Source: Promethearchaeota archaeon
Lineage (GTDB): Archaea > Asgardarchaeota > Lokiarchaeia > Sigyniarchaeales > SOKP01
Reading direction: 5' to 3'
Assembly (NCBI GenBank): GCA_048938895.1
Contig: JBHLLU010000002.1
Span: 82,394-146,393 of the forward strand
DNA: 64,000 nucleotides
Made by a program: the position numbers and the translations under genes. Below the pieces are notes generated by a model, which saw only the letters and a list, made by a program, of their open reading frames with translations, did no database searches and was not told where the DNA came from. Below, piece after piece: positions 30,815-40,708 of the stretch. Numbering within the stretch: position 1 is the first letter of the stretch; every line of letters starts with the position of its first letter.

Positions 30815-32239
30815 TTATTTTTTTCTAATTTTCATAATTCTGGTTTTTTCTTTCAACATAGAAACTGCCTGAACAGCTTCTTCAATACTATGAAAGACGG
30901 GAATATTTGACAATTCTAAAGCTTCAGTAATAGTTCCATACTTTGGAATATAAGGGATAAAACAAATAACAGGTTTTCTTGAATAGATAACTGTATTCGC
31001 AATTCTTCGTCCAATCTGAAAAGTAATAGATGGTGTATATGGTAAAATTAACACTATAATGCACTCAATTCGTTCAATATTAGATAAGTATTTAATCAGA
31101 TTTTCTAAATCTTCATCTCTTGCCGATCCTGTAAGATCTATCGGGTCATTAAATGTTGCTATACTTCGGGCAACTGGATTTACTAGTTCTTTCATTTCCT
31201 GTTTTTCTTCTTCTGTGAAATCAACCACAGACAATCCATATTCTTTTAATAAATCAGTACAAATTACACCATGACCGCCTGATAAAGAAAGTATCGCTAC
31301 TTTTCCCTCTTCAATTGTATTGGGATTAAAAGGCTTCTTCTTATGTGATAATATATCTAATAATTTTAAATCTGTCAACAACTCAAGTTCTGTAAATGGT
31401 TGTATTATCAAATTTTGTTTTAATGCCGCTTGAAGTATTTTTTCATTACCTGAGAGACTTGCAGTATGAGACTGGGTTGCTCTTTTACCTTTTTCAGATA
31501 AACCACCGAAATATACGATGACATCATCTTCAGATTCTCTCGCTAATTCGAGAAATTCCCTACTTTTGGAGGATTTAAAAGCCTCTAAATAAAATGCAAT
31601 ATTACGTGTCTCTTCATCTTGTGTACTAAAGTATTTTAGTAGCATTGCTTCATCTACGATTGCGCGATTTCCTATGGATACTGCGGTTGAAACTCCTATA
31701 TTAATTTGATTAAATTTATGAAAAAATTGATCAACTAAAACCCCTCCTGATTGGCTAATTAGAGCAACTGAACCCTTTGGAGGACGCGTTATCCGCTCTG
31801 TCGGCATGAAAATTGTGTCTAACAACGGAGGTGAATATACACCTATGCAATTCGGCCCAAGAACTGCAATATCACTATCATTTGCAATTTTTATGAGTTT
31901 TTCTTGACGTTTTATTCCATCTCCCCCTATTTCTGCAAATCCTCCACTTACTATTATACAAGCAGAAATATTGTATTCCACACACTGTTGTACATAATCA
32001 AGAGTGTCTTTTGCTGGTATTGCGATTACTAGTACATCTGGAGTTTTTGGAAGTTCTCCCAAGTTTTTATTTAATTCTACTCCCTCAATTTCTCCCCCTT
32101 CTGGATGAATGCCGTAGACATCAACCTGCATCTCAAAAACATTTTTAATAAAAATGATTCTTCCCGGACTTAAAGGATTTTTTCTACTAATTCCAACTAC
32201 AGCCATAGTTTTTGGTTTAAACAGTTTTTCTAAATCCAT
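30815..32239 (-). CDS. acdA: Acetate/acyl-CoA ligase (ADP-forming), alpha subunit
   Basis: LFKPKTMAVVG, SGGFAE, LGPNCIG, ISQSGG, SHTASL phospho-His, NDPIDLTG. Confidence 0.85.
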   Translation of the reverse strand: MDLEKLFKPKTMAVVGISRKNPLSPGRIIFIKNVFEMQVDVYGIHPEGGEIEGVELNKNLGELPKTPDVLVIAIPAKDTLDYVQQCVEYNISACIIVSGGFAEIGGDGIKRQEKLIKIANDSDIAVLGPNCIGVYSPPLLDTIFMPTERITRPPKGSVALISQSGGVLVDQFFHKFNQINIGVSTAVSIGNRAIVDEAMLLKYFSTQDEETRNIAFYLEAFKSSKSREFLELARESEDDVIVYFGGLSEKGKRATQSHTASLSGNEKILQAALKQNLIIQPFTELELLTDLKLLDILSHKKKPFNPNTIEEGKVAILSLSGGHGVICTDLLKEYGLSVVDFTEEEKQEMKELVNPVARSIATFNDPIDLTGSARDEDLENLIKYLSNIERIECIIVLILPYTPSITFQIGRRIANTVIYSRKPVICFIPYIPKYGTITEALELSNIPVFHSIEEAVQAVSMLKEKTRIMKIRKK

Positions 32240-32289
32240 ACTTTTCCCTATATTTTCTATCTTTTTTTAAAATCGTTTAAAAATATTAG

Positions 32290-33129
32290 TTAAAGAGATT
32301 CTAGAATATTGCTTATTTTTTCTAATCGTTCATTCCTCGATAGTCTTTTAGTAACAGGATTATGATTTCCATATAATTCTTTATGATAAACAGATCTTTT
32401 ACTTTTATAAAATATTCCAATTTTGAATTTATGGGAATTTCTAGCGACTTTTAATGCTTCTTCTCGTGTCTGGGGTAAAATCTCCAGATATTCAATATTT
32501 TTTTTATAATCAGCCCACTCTCGATATGATACGGCTGGTTGCAATACTTCTATGAATGAAAAACCTTCATGTTCTATAGCTTCTACTATTATATTCGTAA
32601 GATGTTTAAGTTCACCCGCATAAGCTCTTGCTACGAAAGTTGCTCCAACTTCTATCATGAGGGAAATTACATTGAATGGATCTTCAATACTCCCTAAAGG
32701 TGTTGAGGGTCCTTCCCATCCCTTTTCAGTTAATGGAGAAAACTGACCTGTAGTTAGAGCATACACACTATTATTATGTAAGATATAAGTCATGTCTTGG
32801 TTTCTTTTAGCCGCAAAAATAGTATGAGCCAATCCTTCTCCTAATCCATTTCCATCTCCCGAAAAATTTATTACCTTTAAATCGGGATTAGCTATTTTTA
32901 TACCTTCTGAATTGGAAGTATTTCTACCATGTAAACCATAAAAACCACTGAGATTAAGATAATCAAAGATCTTTGCATGACACCCAATCCCTGCTGTTAT
33001 TACTATTTTTTCTCTCTCAATTCCTTTTCCTTCCAAAATCGGAACAACCTTTTTTATCGCATTAAGAATTCCAAAATTTCCACATCCTGGACACCATGTA
33101 TTTTCAGCATAAGTAATAAAATCTTCCAT
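32290..33129 (-). CDS. korB: 2-oxoacid:ferredoxin oxidoreductase beta subunit
   Basis: WCPGCGNFG, GIGC, LHGR, GDG..N TPP motif, YALTTGQFSP. Confidence 0.9.
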   Translation of the reverse strand: MEDFITYAENTWCPGCGNFGILNAIKKVVPILEGKGIEREKIVITAGIGCHAKIFDYLNLSGFYGLHGRNTSNSEGIKIANPDLKVINFSGDGNGLGEGLAHTIFAAKRNQDMTYILHNNSVYALTTGQFSPLTEKGWEGPSTPLGSIEDPFNVISLMIEVGATFVARAYAGELKHLTNIIVEAIEHEGFSFIEVLQPAVSYREWADYKKNIEYLEILPQTREEALKVARNSHKFKIGIFYKSKRSVYHKELYGNHNPVTKRLSRNERLEKISNILESL

Positions 33130-33132
33130 CTT

Positions 33133-34791
33133 TTAGAGTACCTCCTTTATCTTATTTGACAAATCATCTGGGTCAAATGGTCGTCCATTGTATTGTTTTA
33201 TTGTATCCTTTATTTGTATTCCTGCTTTTTCTTTAAGGAGAGAAGTAAACTGACCCGAAATACTTTGTTCTATAACAATATTATCTTGATTTTTAAATTC
33301 TATTAGGTCCCAGCTAGGAAAAGGACTCAAAAAGATTGGTGCCACAACTGTCGGGTTCATCCCACCATGTTTAAGAGCTTCTAAAACGCTCATATATGTA
33401 GATCCATAAGTAAAAATATTGATGGGGGTTTCTCCACGAATTATCTTAACAGTTTGTTTTCCTTTTAAATAATCTATTAATGTTATGAGTTTTTTATGCC
33501 TTTTATCATGCATAAAGGAAATTTTATTTGCATTTTCAGTAGTAATACCAAATTCATCATGTTCATAGCTGTTCCATTTAATTATCTTTTTTGATGGTGG
33601 GAATACCAATGGGGAAATTCCATTGTCGGTATTTTGGTAACGGTTAAATTCACCATCGGCATGTAATTTTGGTTCTGCCCATGCAGATTTTTCTAAATCA
33701 ATCTCAACTGTCATATGACTTTCTGAAAGGTGCTTCTCTGTTAATAATATTCCTGGTGTTTGAAATTTCCATACTAAATCCAACATTTCAGCAGTGAGAT
33801 AATATGCTTCTCTAATGGTTCTCGGAGATGCTACTATTCTTAAAAAATCACCATGACCTGCAGTTAATGCAAAAGCTAAATCTGCCTGTTCTGTGTAAGT
33901 AGGGACTCCTGTAGCAGGTCCTGGTCTCTGAGAAAATATGATTAATACTGGTGCCTCTGTAATTCCCGCTAAAGAAAAACCTTCTGTCATAAGCGCAAAT
34001 CCCCCTCCACTCGTACCAACCATTGATTTTGCTCCAGAAAAAGTTGAACCAATTGCCATATTAATTACAGCTATTTCACTTTCAGGTTGTACAACAGCAA
34101 GACCAAAATTTTTAGCTTCTCGAGCAAGTGTATGCAATATTGTGGATGCTGGTGTCATAGGATATGCATAATACGCATCCAAACCCCCTGCAATTGCCCC
34201 AAGACTAATTGCTTCATTTCCAGTTATAATTGGTCTTTTTTTATCTCCTTTTTCTAATGTATAAGTTGCTCCACAGTCAGGAAAAATTAAATCGTAAATT
34301 GTATCCGCAAACGCAATATTATCTTCTATTCCTCTAGGATATTCGTCTTTAATAATTTGATTCATTTGCTCTTTTTTAAAACCTATAAATGCAGATAAAA
34401 TCGCTACTGCACCAACTCCATACATTAAGCTTTTCATTGGATATTTTTCTGCTTCAGAAGATAATGGGATTCCTATACCGTTTTCAGATTCATGCTCATC
34501 TGAATTGAAAATCATTATTCCGTTATCTGCAATATCATTAATGTGAGTTTCATAACTTCTTTTGTCAAAATTCACCACTAAATTAGCTTTCATATAATGA
34601 CTACTAATCCAGTGAGAAGAAGTACTGATAACAGAAAAATTATGGCCACCGCGTATTAAGCTCATGTAATCATCCATCTGAAACACATGACGTCCCATAC
34701 TTGAGAATATATGTGCCGCTACCGAACCTGCTTTTTTTACTCCCTCACCCGCTTTACCACCAACAAGAAAAGTAAATACATCTTGATTCAT
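33133..34791 (-). CDS. korA: 2-oxoacid:ferredoxin oxidoreductase alpha subunit (gamma-alpha fusion)
   Basis: GGKAGEG, IRGGHN, YPMTPAS, ESEIA, TSGGGFALM, QRPGPATG. Confidence 0.92.
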   Translation of the reverse strand: MNQDVFTFLVGGKAGEGVKKAGSVAAHIFSSMGRHVFQMDDYMSLIRGGHNFSVISTSSHWISSHYMKANLVVNFDKRSYETHINDIADNGIMIFNSDEHESENGIGIPLSSEAEKYPMKSLMYGVGAVAILSAFIGFKKEQMNQIIKDEYPRGIEDNIAFADTIYDLIFPDCGATYTLEKGDKKRPIITGNEAISLGAIAGGLDAYYAYPMTPASTILHTLAREAKNFGLAVVQPESEIAVINMAIGSTFSGAKSMVGTSGGGFALMTEGFSLAGITEAPVLIIFSQRPGPATGVPTYTEQADLAFALTAGHGDFLRIVASPRTIREAYYLTAEMLDLVWKFQTPGILLTEKHLSESHMTVEIDLEKSAWAEPKLHADGEFNRYQNTDNGISPLVFPPSKKIIKWNSYEHDEFGITTENANKISFMHDKRHKKLITLIDYLKGKQTVKIIRGETPINIFTYGSTYMSVLEALKHGGMNPTVVAPIFLSPFPSWDLIEFKNQDNIVIEQSISGQFTSLLKEKAGIQIKDTIKQYNGRPFDPDDLSNKIKEVL

Positions 34792-34995
34792 AGTTCTTTA
34801 ATCCCTAAATGTTAAATTAAGAATGTCTAATGATTAACTTATTTATAGTTTTAGCCCTTAATTATTTAAATATATGGATTATAAAATCTCAATTCAATCT
34901 TTTTGATATTAAAGACTCATTGAGATATCTTAATTCTAAAAATTTATATATTTAAGAGATTTATAACAAGAAAAACTAAAGGATGGTGAAATGTT

Positions 34996-35541
34996 TTGCT
35001 TGAGGGGCCAAATATTAATTTAAGAATTATAGAACAAGAAGATATTCCTCTCTATCATGAGTGGATGAATACACCTGAAATTAGGGGTAGGTATAATGCA
35101 GGTACTTTTAGGCAAGCCTCAAAGGATTTATTGAGAAATGCTTTTAGTAATTTATCTGATAATCTTCAAATTTTCATAATCGAGAAGAAAGATAAGACTA
35201 GAATTGGGCTCATTTTATATTTTCTCGTAAAAGGTGGACCTGTTGAATTATTAGAAATTGGTTTTTTACTAATCCCATCTGAACGACAGAAAGGTTATTG
35301 CACAGAAGCAGTCAATATTTTTGTGGATTATTTGTTTCTAACTAAAAATATATCACGTATTCAAGCAACAGCAGACATTAGAAATATTGGTTCATATAAA
35401 GCTCTTGAAAAAACAGGCTTCACTAGAGAAGGAATTATGCGAAATATGATATTTAATCAAGGCAATTGGAGAGATTTCGCTCTTTATAGTATTCTTAGAG
35501 AGGAATGGAAAGAACCTAAAATTCTTAAATCTGAAAGATAA
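34996..35541 (+). CDS. GNAT acetyltransferase, RimJ/RimL family
   Basis: EIGF...RQKGYCTEA, NIGSYKALEKTGFTREG, YSILREEW. Confidence 0.88.
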   Translation: MLEGPNINLRIIEQEDIPLYHEWMNTPEIRGRYNAGTFRQASKDLLRNAFSNLSDNLQIFIIEKKDKTRIGLILYFLVKGGPVELLEIGFLLIPSERQKGYCTEAVNIFVDYLFLTKNISRIQATADIRNIGSYKALEKTGFTREGIMRNMIFNQGNWRDFALYSILREEWKEPKILKSER

Positions 35542-35558
35542 ACATTATAATTGCGTTT

Positions 35559-36701
35559 TTAAAAAAGAGCAAATCCACAAGAAGGACAATTTTTTTTATC
35601 TCCTATCATAATTTTGCTACAATTAGGGCAGATTTTCACCGTAGTTTTCCTTCTTTTTTTTACTTTTTCATCGGATTGCGATTTTTTGGCTTCCATCATT
35701 GCCCGAATTTCTACTGCCATTGGATCTTCAGTACGTACCACTTTAGGTTCACCTTTTAATTCGATTTCATGCAAATATTCAATTATATTCCTTTTTTTCA
35801 TTTTTGTTAATTCTGCAATAGTAGGTATCTTTCCAACTCGAACATCATTCAAGTAATCTTTATCAAGTTTTAGAATATTAAAACAATTATGACAACGAAA
35901 TACATACGGTATTCCTATATTGGAAGTTTCTGCCCATTGAGCCCAACATACTTTATGTGCCGGAGTATCACATGAAGGGCATATTACCATACCTTCATCA
36001 TCTTTATTAAAGCAAATAGAACATGTTGTTATCCCACTAGCTTCTGGAGGTTCATCAGCTAAATTTATGTAAAAAGGTTGGTTATCTGGAAGAATTCTAA
36101 TTTTTTGTTTTACAAAAGAAGGTTCTGAAATATGTTTTTTTTCGGATAATTCTGCTAAAATAGGACTCAGATCTTTAACATTCTTTATCCCATATAATTC
36201 TCCGTTTGATAAATTTGCTATTTTCAACAATTTTTGTGCTTGATCTGAATACGGGCTTCCTATAAAGATAATGTCAATAAAAACGGGCATATCTCTAACT
36301 TTATTAATTAACCCTTCGAGTGCAGGGAGATACTCATCGGGTACTTCATATGCACCATCGTCGACCAATATCAACAAGCGAAAAAATTTCTCAGAGATCT
36401 TTTTAAATACCTCAATAATAAAGGTAATAGCGATAAATACACCACCTGCAATGTTAGCTCTAGTAAGATTTTTACCTAATGATTTTAAAGTCTTCAATAT
36501 ATATTCTGGGTCAAAAGTAAAATGATCTAGATAATTTGGTCCATCCTCTTGAAACCAAATCAGATTAAATCGATCAGAAGGATCGATTGATTGTTTATTC
36601 TGTAAAAATTCTCCGATTATATTATATACTTGGCGCACTTTAGTAATTTCAGGAGTTAAAGCATAAAAAATAAGACAATCTTCACTTTTTGTAGATTCCA
36701 T
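35559..36701 (-). CDS. vWA-like domain + C4HC3 (RINGv/PHD-like) finger + C-terminal zinc ribbon protein
   Basis: DRFNLIWF / RLLILVDD / IDIIFIG vWA strands; CSIC-CPSC-HKVC-W-CHNC; CPNC..CPSC. Confidence 0.7.
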   Translation of the reverse strand: MESTKSEDCLIFYALTPEITKVRQVYNIIGEFLQNKQSIDPSDRFNLIWFQEDGPNYLDHFTFDPEYILKTLKSLGKNLTRANIAGGVFIAITFIIEVFKKISEKFFRLLILVDDGAYEVPDEYLPALEGLINKVRDMPVFIDIIFIGSPYSDQAQKLLKIANLSNGELYGIKNVKDLSPILAELSEKKHISEPSFVKQKIRILPDNQPFYINLADEPPEASGITTCSICFNKDDEGMVICPSCDTPAHKVCWAQWAETSNIGIPYVFRCHNCFNILKLDKDYLNDVRVGKIPTIAELTKMKKRNIIEYLHEIELKGEPKVVRTEDPMAVEIRAMMEAKKSQSDEKVKKRRKTTVKICPNCSKIMIGDKKNCPSCGFALF

Positions 36702-36983
36702 GTTGTCAGACTATGATATTGAGTAAGATTTAACAAAATCTCTTTAATAAATGATTCGGGTGAGAATTAATAAGTTTAAGGTATAGTAAAATTTCAATCT
36801 TTAATTTAAGCGTTTTTTATAAGATTACCTTTATGAACTATACAACAAATTTTTTATAAAAATATACTTTCTCCAAATTAAGTTTAATATATTTTGAAGG
36901 ATCTTTTAAAATTTTAAAAGCAATAAATCTTTTACGCTTTTGTATGTAATAAAATTCATTACAATCAATTACGAGATAAAAAT

Positions 36984-37244
36984 ATGCAAGTATATCGATT
37001 AAAAATAAACAGAAACATCTGTATTGGTTGCAACGATTGTGTAGTTAGTTGTCCAATAAATTTTACACAGCTTAAGGAAAAAGGGTATCTAACCGAAGAA
37101 AATGCCGTAGTTTTGGTTAAAAATGGAATGGCCTATGATATATATGTCGAGAATAGAAAAAGTCCAAATTGTGATGGATGTGGTGTTTGTGTAAAATTTT
37201 GTCCTGTTTCTGCAATTGAGTTACATTTAACCGAAGAAAAATGA
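36984..37244 (+). CDS. fwdG: 2x[4Fe-4S] ferredoxin, FwdG-like
   Basis: CIGCNDCVVSCPIN and CDGCGVCVKFCP; first gene of the fwd operon. Confidence 0.75.
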   Translation: MQVYRLKINRNICIGCNDCVVSCPINFTQLKEKGYLTEENAVVLVKNGMAYDIYVENRKSPNCDGCGVCVKFCPVSAIELHLTEEK

Positions 37245-37245
37245 G

Positions 37246-37977
37246 GTGAATAATATTTCGTTTCCAAAAATATCAAGATCAATTAGTCAAGATGTTGAAC
37301 ATGTGAAAGTGCAATTTCTTACTGAGAGTTTAGAATTAATTTTAGACCGTACTAAATGTGTGGGATGCGGAACATGCGCTCGAGTTTGTCCTAAGGATGC
37401 TATTTCTCGTGGACCAGTTGGCTCATCTCGTCGTTTTCCAACTTTAGAGGATATTATACCAGAAGTATACGATCCTAAAAAATGTGTTTTTTGTGGTACG
37501 TGTGTGTATATGTGTCCTTTTTCGGCTCTAACTCTAAAAAAAGATGGGGAAGTTATAGAGCTTAATGATATTCCTATAGTTGCTCAAAAAGTTGTACCAA
37601 AGCTGGAATTTGAAGCAAAAAAGGTATCAAGTTATAATGGGACTGAAAGGATTGCTAAACAATATTGTAATGGGGAGGTTCGTATTGTTGATGAAGAATG
37701 TCCTGGTGGATGTCAAACTTGTTATGAAGTTTGCCCTTCATTTGCCATTTCACTTCCAGAAAAATCAGATAAGGGTTGGGAAACAGTTCCAAATGTTGTA
37801 GTAGATGAGGAAAAATGTATTTTTTGCGGATCCTGTGACAATGGATGTCCCACTGGTGCTGTAAAACTAAAAATTACCGAAGTCAAAACTTCTGGAGAAT
37901 CTAGTGAGATGTTTTGGGAACCTCTTTTAGAGAGGTTAAAAACTTTAAGATGGAGTGAAAAAAAGGAGGAGGATTAG
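37246..37977 (+). CDS. fwdF: Polyferredoxin, FwdF-like (four cluster motifs)
   Basis: CVGCGTC..CP, CVFCGTC..CP, CPGGCQTC..CP, CIFCGSC..CP. Confidence 0.8.
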   Translation: MNNISFPKISRSISQDVEHVKVQFLTESLELILDRTKCVGCGTCARVCPKDAISRGPVGSSRRFPTLEDIIPEVYDPKKCVFCGTCVYMCPFSALTLKKDGEVIELNDIPIVAQKVVPKLEFEAKKVSSYNGTERIAKQYCNGEVRIVDEECPGGCQTCYEVCPSFAISLPEKSDKGWETVPNVVVDEEKCIFCGSCDNGCPTGAVKLKITEVKTSGESSEMFWEPLLERLKTLRWSEKKEED

Positions 37978-37982
37978 ATAAC

Positions 37983-38378
37983 ATGATTATAAATAATCTA
38001 GTTCTAATTACTTGTCGAACAATCGATCAAGGTGTTGCTCTAGAGGGAGGAAAAGTCTCCAGGGAAGCTGTACGAGCAGCAGCAATTTGCGCTTTTGATA
38101 AGGAAGATTTCAAGAAATTGGATTGCATTGTAGGAACTCCTGTAAAAGTTATCACTGATTATGGAGAAGTCCTCGTATATTCAACAATCTCAGAGGAAGG
38201 ACCCCATCCAGGGATTATATTTATACCTATGGGACCGTGGGCAAATCAAGTTGTTAATCCAGATTCACAATCCTGCGGTACACCAACTTATAAAGGAATG
38301 AAAGCAACAGTAGAAGCAGTACCAAACGGTAAGGTTTTAGGTTCTGTAGAATTAATAAATACATTAAAGGAGGGTTAA
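37983..38378 (+). CDS. fwdD: Formylmethanofuran dehydrogenase subunit D
   Basis: LIT.RTIDQG, IFIPMGPWAN.VV.P..GTPTYKG. Confidence 0.92.
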   Translation: MIINNLVLITCRTIDQGVALEGGKVSREAVRAAAICAFDKEDFKKLDCIVGTPVKVITDYGEVLVYSTISEEGPHPGIIFIPMGPWANQVVNPDSQSCGTPTYKGMKATVEAVPNGKVLGSVELINTLKEG

Positions 38379-38379
38379 T

Positions 38380-39734
38380 ATGGTAGAAAAAATAAATACA
38401 ACCACAGATGTAGTCTGCCCGTTTAGATAGGATCTTATCGATTTATCGCGGTCTGTGGCACTCTCTGTGATGATTTAGAAGTTGATGTGGATATAAACGA
38501 AAATAAAGTAGTAGAAGTCAGAAATGGCTGTCAAATAGGCACAAAAAAATATTTTGCTTCAAACCCAAGTGATCATCGCTATGAAAAACCATTAATAAAA
38601 GATAATGGCTCTTTTAAGGAAGTTTCATGGGATGAAGCATTAGATAAAGCAGCTGATATTTTAATAAGTGCCAAAAGACCCTTGTTATATGGATTTTCAA
38701 GTACTGAATGTGATGCACAAGGGAAGGGAGTTGAGTTAGCAGAAATATTAGGGGCTGTTTTAGATAATACTGCTTCCGTGTGTCATGGGCCTTCTTTATT
38801 AGCAATTCAAGATGTTGGAGCACCCACATCTACATTAGGTGAATATAAAAATCGAGCTGATCTTGTAGTATTCTGGGGTTGCAATCCTGTTCACGCCCAT
38901 CCAAGACATTTGGGCAGATATAGTGAGTTTGTTAGAGGATATTTCAGAAAAGATGGAAGAAATGATAGATATATAATTGTAGTAGACCCAAGAAATACTC
39001 ATACTGCTCAAATAGCAGATTTATTTGTTCAAGTTAACCCAAGTGAAGATTATGAATTATTAAACGCTATTAGGGCTATCCTTAGAGGTACTGAATTAGA
39101 TGGGAAGGAAGTTTCTGGAGTACCAATGGAAGATGTTATTGCTTTAGTAAACAAATTGAAATCATGTAAATTTGGTGTGATTTTTTTTGGAATGGGTTTA
39201 ACTCAATCTCTCGCGCATCATAGAAATATTGATGCTGCAATTTGTTTGGTAAGAGAATTAAATGATTATACCAAATTTTTGCTAACCCCCATGAGAGGGC
39301 ATTATAATGTTGCTGGGGCAAACCAAGTTTTCTCATGGCAAACAGGTTATTCATATTCTATTGATTTTTCCAGAGGATATCCTCGGTATAATCCCGGAGA
39401 ATTTTCTTCTGTTGAAGTATTAATAAGAGATGAAGTTGATGCTTCTCTAATAGTAGCATCTGATCCTGCTAGTAATTTTCCTGCTGCATCAGTTAAAAAC
39501 ATGTTTAAACATCCTTTAATATCCATTGAACCTCATCACACCCCAACTTCTGTGAATGCTGATGTTATATTACCTCCTGCTATTGCTGGAATTGAATGTG
39601 AAGGGACAGCATATAGAATGGACAGTGTTCCACTCAGACTTCGAAAAGTCAAAGATGCTCCTGGTGAATGCTTAACTGATAAAGAGATATTAGAAAGGTT
39701 AATTGAAGTCGTAAAGCGTAAAAAGGGGGAATAA
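38380..39734 (+). CDS. fwdB: Formylmethanofuran dehydrogenase subunit B, split gene: join(38380..38424,38454..39734), 441 aa after splicing
   Basis: ATG 38380 lies 1 nt after the fwdD stop with a GGAGG SD; exon 1 MVEKINTTTDVVCPF; exon 2 CGTLCDDLEV...NGCQIG...VCHGPS...NRADLVVFWGCNPVHAHPRH...MRGHYNV. Confidence 0.9.
38425..38453 (+). other. Putative 29-nt bulge-helix-bulge (BHB) mRNA intron in fwdB
   Basis: AGATAGGATCTTATCGATTTATCGCGGTC. Central 4-bp helix CCGT(38419-22):GCGG(38448-51); 3-nt bulges TT^A (38423-25) and TC^T (38452-54); flanking helices on both sides; removal restores CPFCGTLC. Confidence 0.8.
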
Positions 39735-40589
39735 ATGATGTCAGAAGTGAAATTAAAATTAAAGAAAGAACCTAATTTTCCTTTAGAAGCAGACAACATT
39801 AGTCCTGATCAATTTGCAGGCAAAACTATTGCCGAAATAAAAAAATTAGTTGTATATCACGGAAACGAAGAAAAAACATTAGGAGATTATTTTGATGTCT
39901 CTGGAAAAGCTGGAGATCTAGCAGAAATGAAAATTGAGATAGAAGGAGACCTTTCTAACATTAAACGTATTGGCGAAAAGATGAGTGGAGGTGAAATAGT
40001 TATTAATGGTAATGTTGGTATGCATGTTGGGAACCATATGACTGGAGGAAAAATATTAGTTAATGGAAACGCTGATGATTGGGCAGGTGCTATGTTAAAT
40101 GGTGGTGAATTAGAGATAACTGGAGATGCTGGACATTATGTTGGTGCTGCTTATAGAGGTTTTTGGAAAGGAATGCAAAACGGAATAATTAAAGTTCATG
40201 GGAAAGTAGGTAATGAAGCTTTAACGTGGGTTACTGGTTCAAAGCCAGGAGAAAGATTTCCGACATTAATATGTGGAAGCGCTGGAGCTTTTTTAGGGAT
40301 TCATGGTCATGGTGGAACTATCATCGTTGATGGAGATTGTGATCGATGTGCAGGAGCGGACCAAGTCCGAGGTACTATTGTCGTAAAAGGTAAAGTCTCA
40401 CGAATTCTTCCTTCATATAAGAAGATAGGTGAAGTAAAGGAAATAGAATTGATGAGTGGGGAAAAAATAACAGGAAAATTTATTGAGTACAGTGGAGATC
40501 ACTCTGTGGAGAAAAATCACTCTAAGATAGATAAGAAAACCGGAGAAATCTCAAATAGCTCCAATGGGAGATTATTTGTAGCTTCCTAA
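39735..40589 (+). CDS. fwdC: Formylmethanofuran dehydrogenase subunit C
   Basis: PLEADNISPD, GXGXXM..G beta-helix repeats, YRGFWKGM. Confidence 0.92.
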   Translation: MMSEVKLKLKKEPNFPLEADNISPDQFAGKTIAEIKKLVVYHGNEEKTLGDYFDVSGKAGDLAEMKIEIEGDLSNIKRIGEKMSGGEIVINGNVGMHVGNHMTGGKILVNGNADDWAGAMLNGGELEITGDAGHYVGAAYRGFWKGMQNGIIKVHGKVGNEALTWVTGSKPGERFPTLICGSAGAFLGIHGHGGTIIVDGDCDRCAGADQVRGTIVVKGKVSRILPSYKKIGEVKEIELMSGEKITGKFIEYSGDHSVEKNHSKIDKKTGEISNSSNGRLFVAS

Positions 40590-40708
40590 AATTATTTAAA
40601 TTAGTATCTTCTTCTTAATAATTATAATTTATAAAAATACTAATTATATTTTAACAACTTTAGTATAATAATCAGAGTAATATAAAACAATTTTGAGATA
40701 ATGATATT

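Noticed and set aside
38424-38430. Pyrrolysine/stop readthrough or ribosomal frameshift as the explanation for the fwdB break
   Set aside because: Readthrough of TAG 38428 stays in the wrong frame; a -1 shift would insert about 10 residues within the CxxC motif and no slippery heptamer is evident; the BHB cut sites explain the break exactly
38778-38795. Selenocysteine form (FwuB)
   Set aside because: The metal-ligand codon in VCHGPS is TGT (Cys), not TGA
38487-39734. ORF-track FwdB starting at GTG 38487
   Set aside because: It omits three of the four [4Fe-4S] cysteines; the real N-terminus is encoded from ATG 38380 with an SD and coupling to fwdD
38380-39734. fwdB as a pseudogene
   Set aside because: The rest of the gene and operon is intact, and the only lesion is a structured insert with precise splice geometry; not fully excluded without RNA data
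40500-40565. Apparent C-terminal insertion in FwdC as a second, in-frame intron
   Set aside because: I could not build a BHB fold and the frame is uninterrupted
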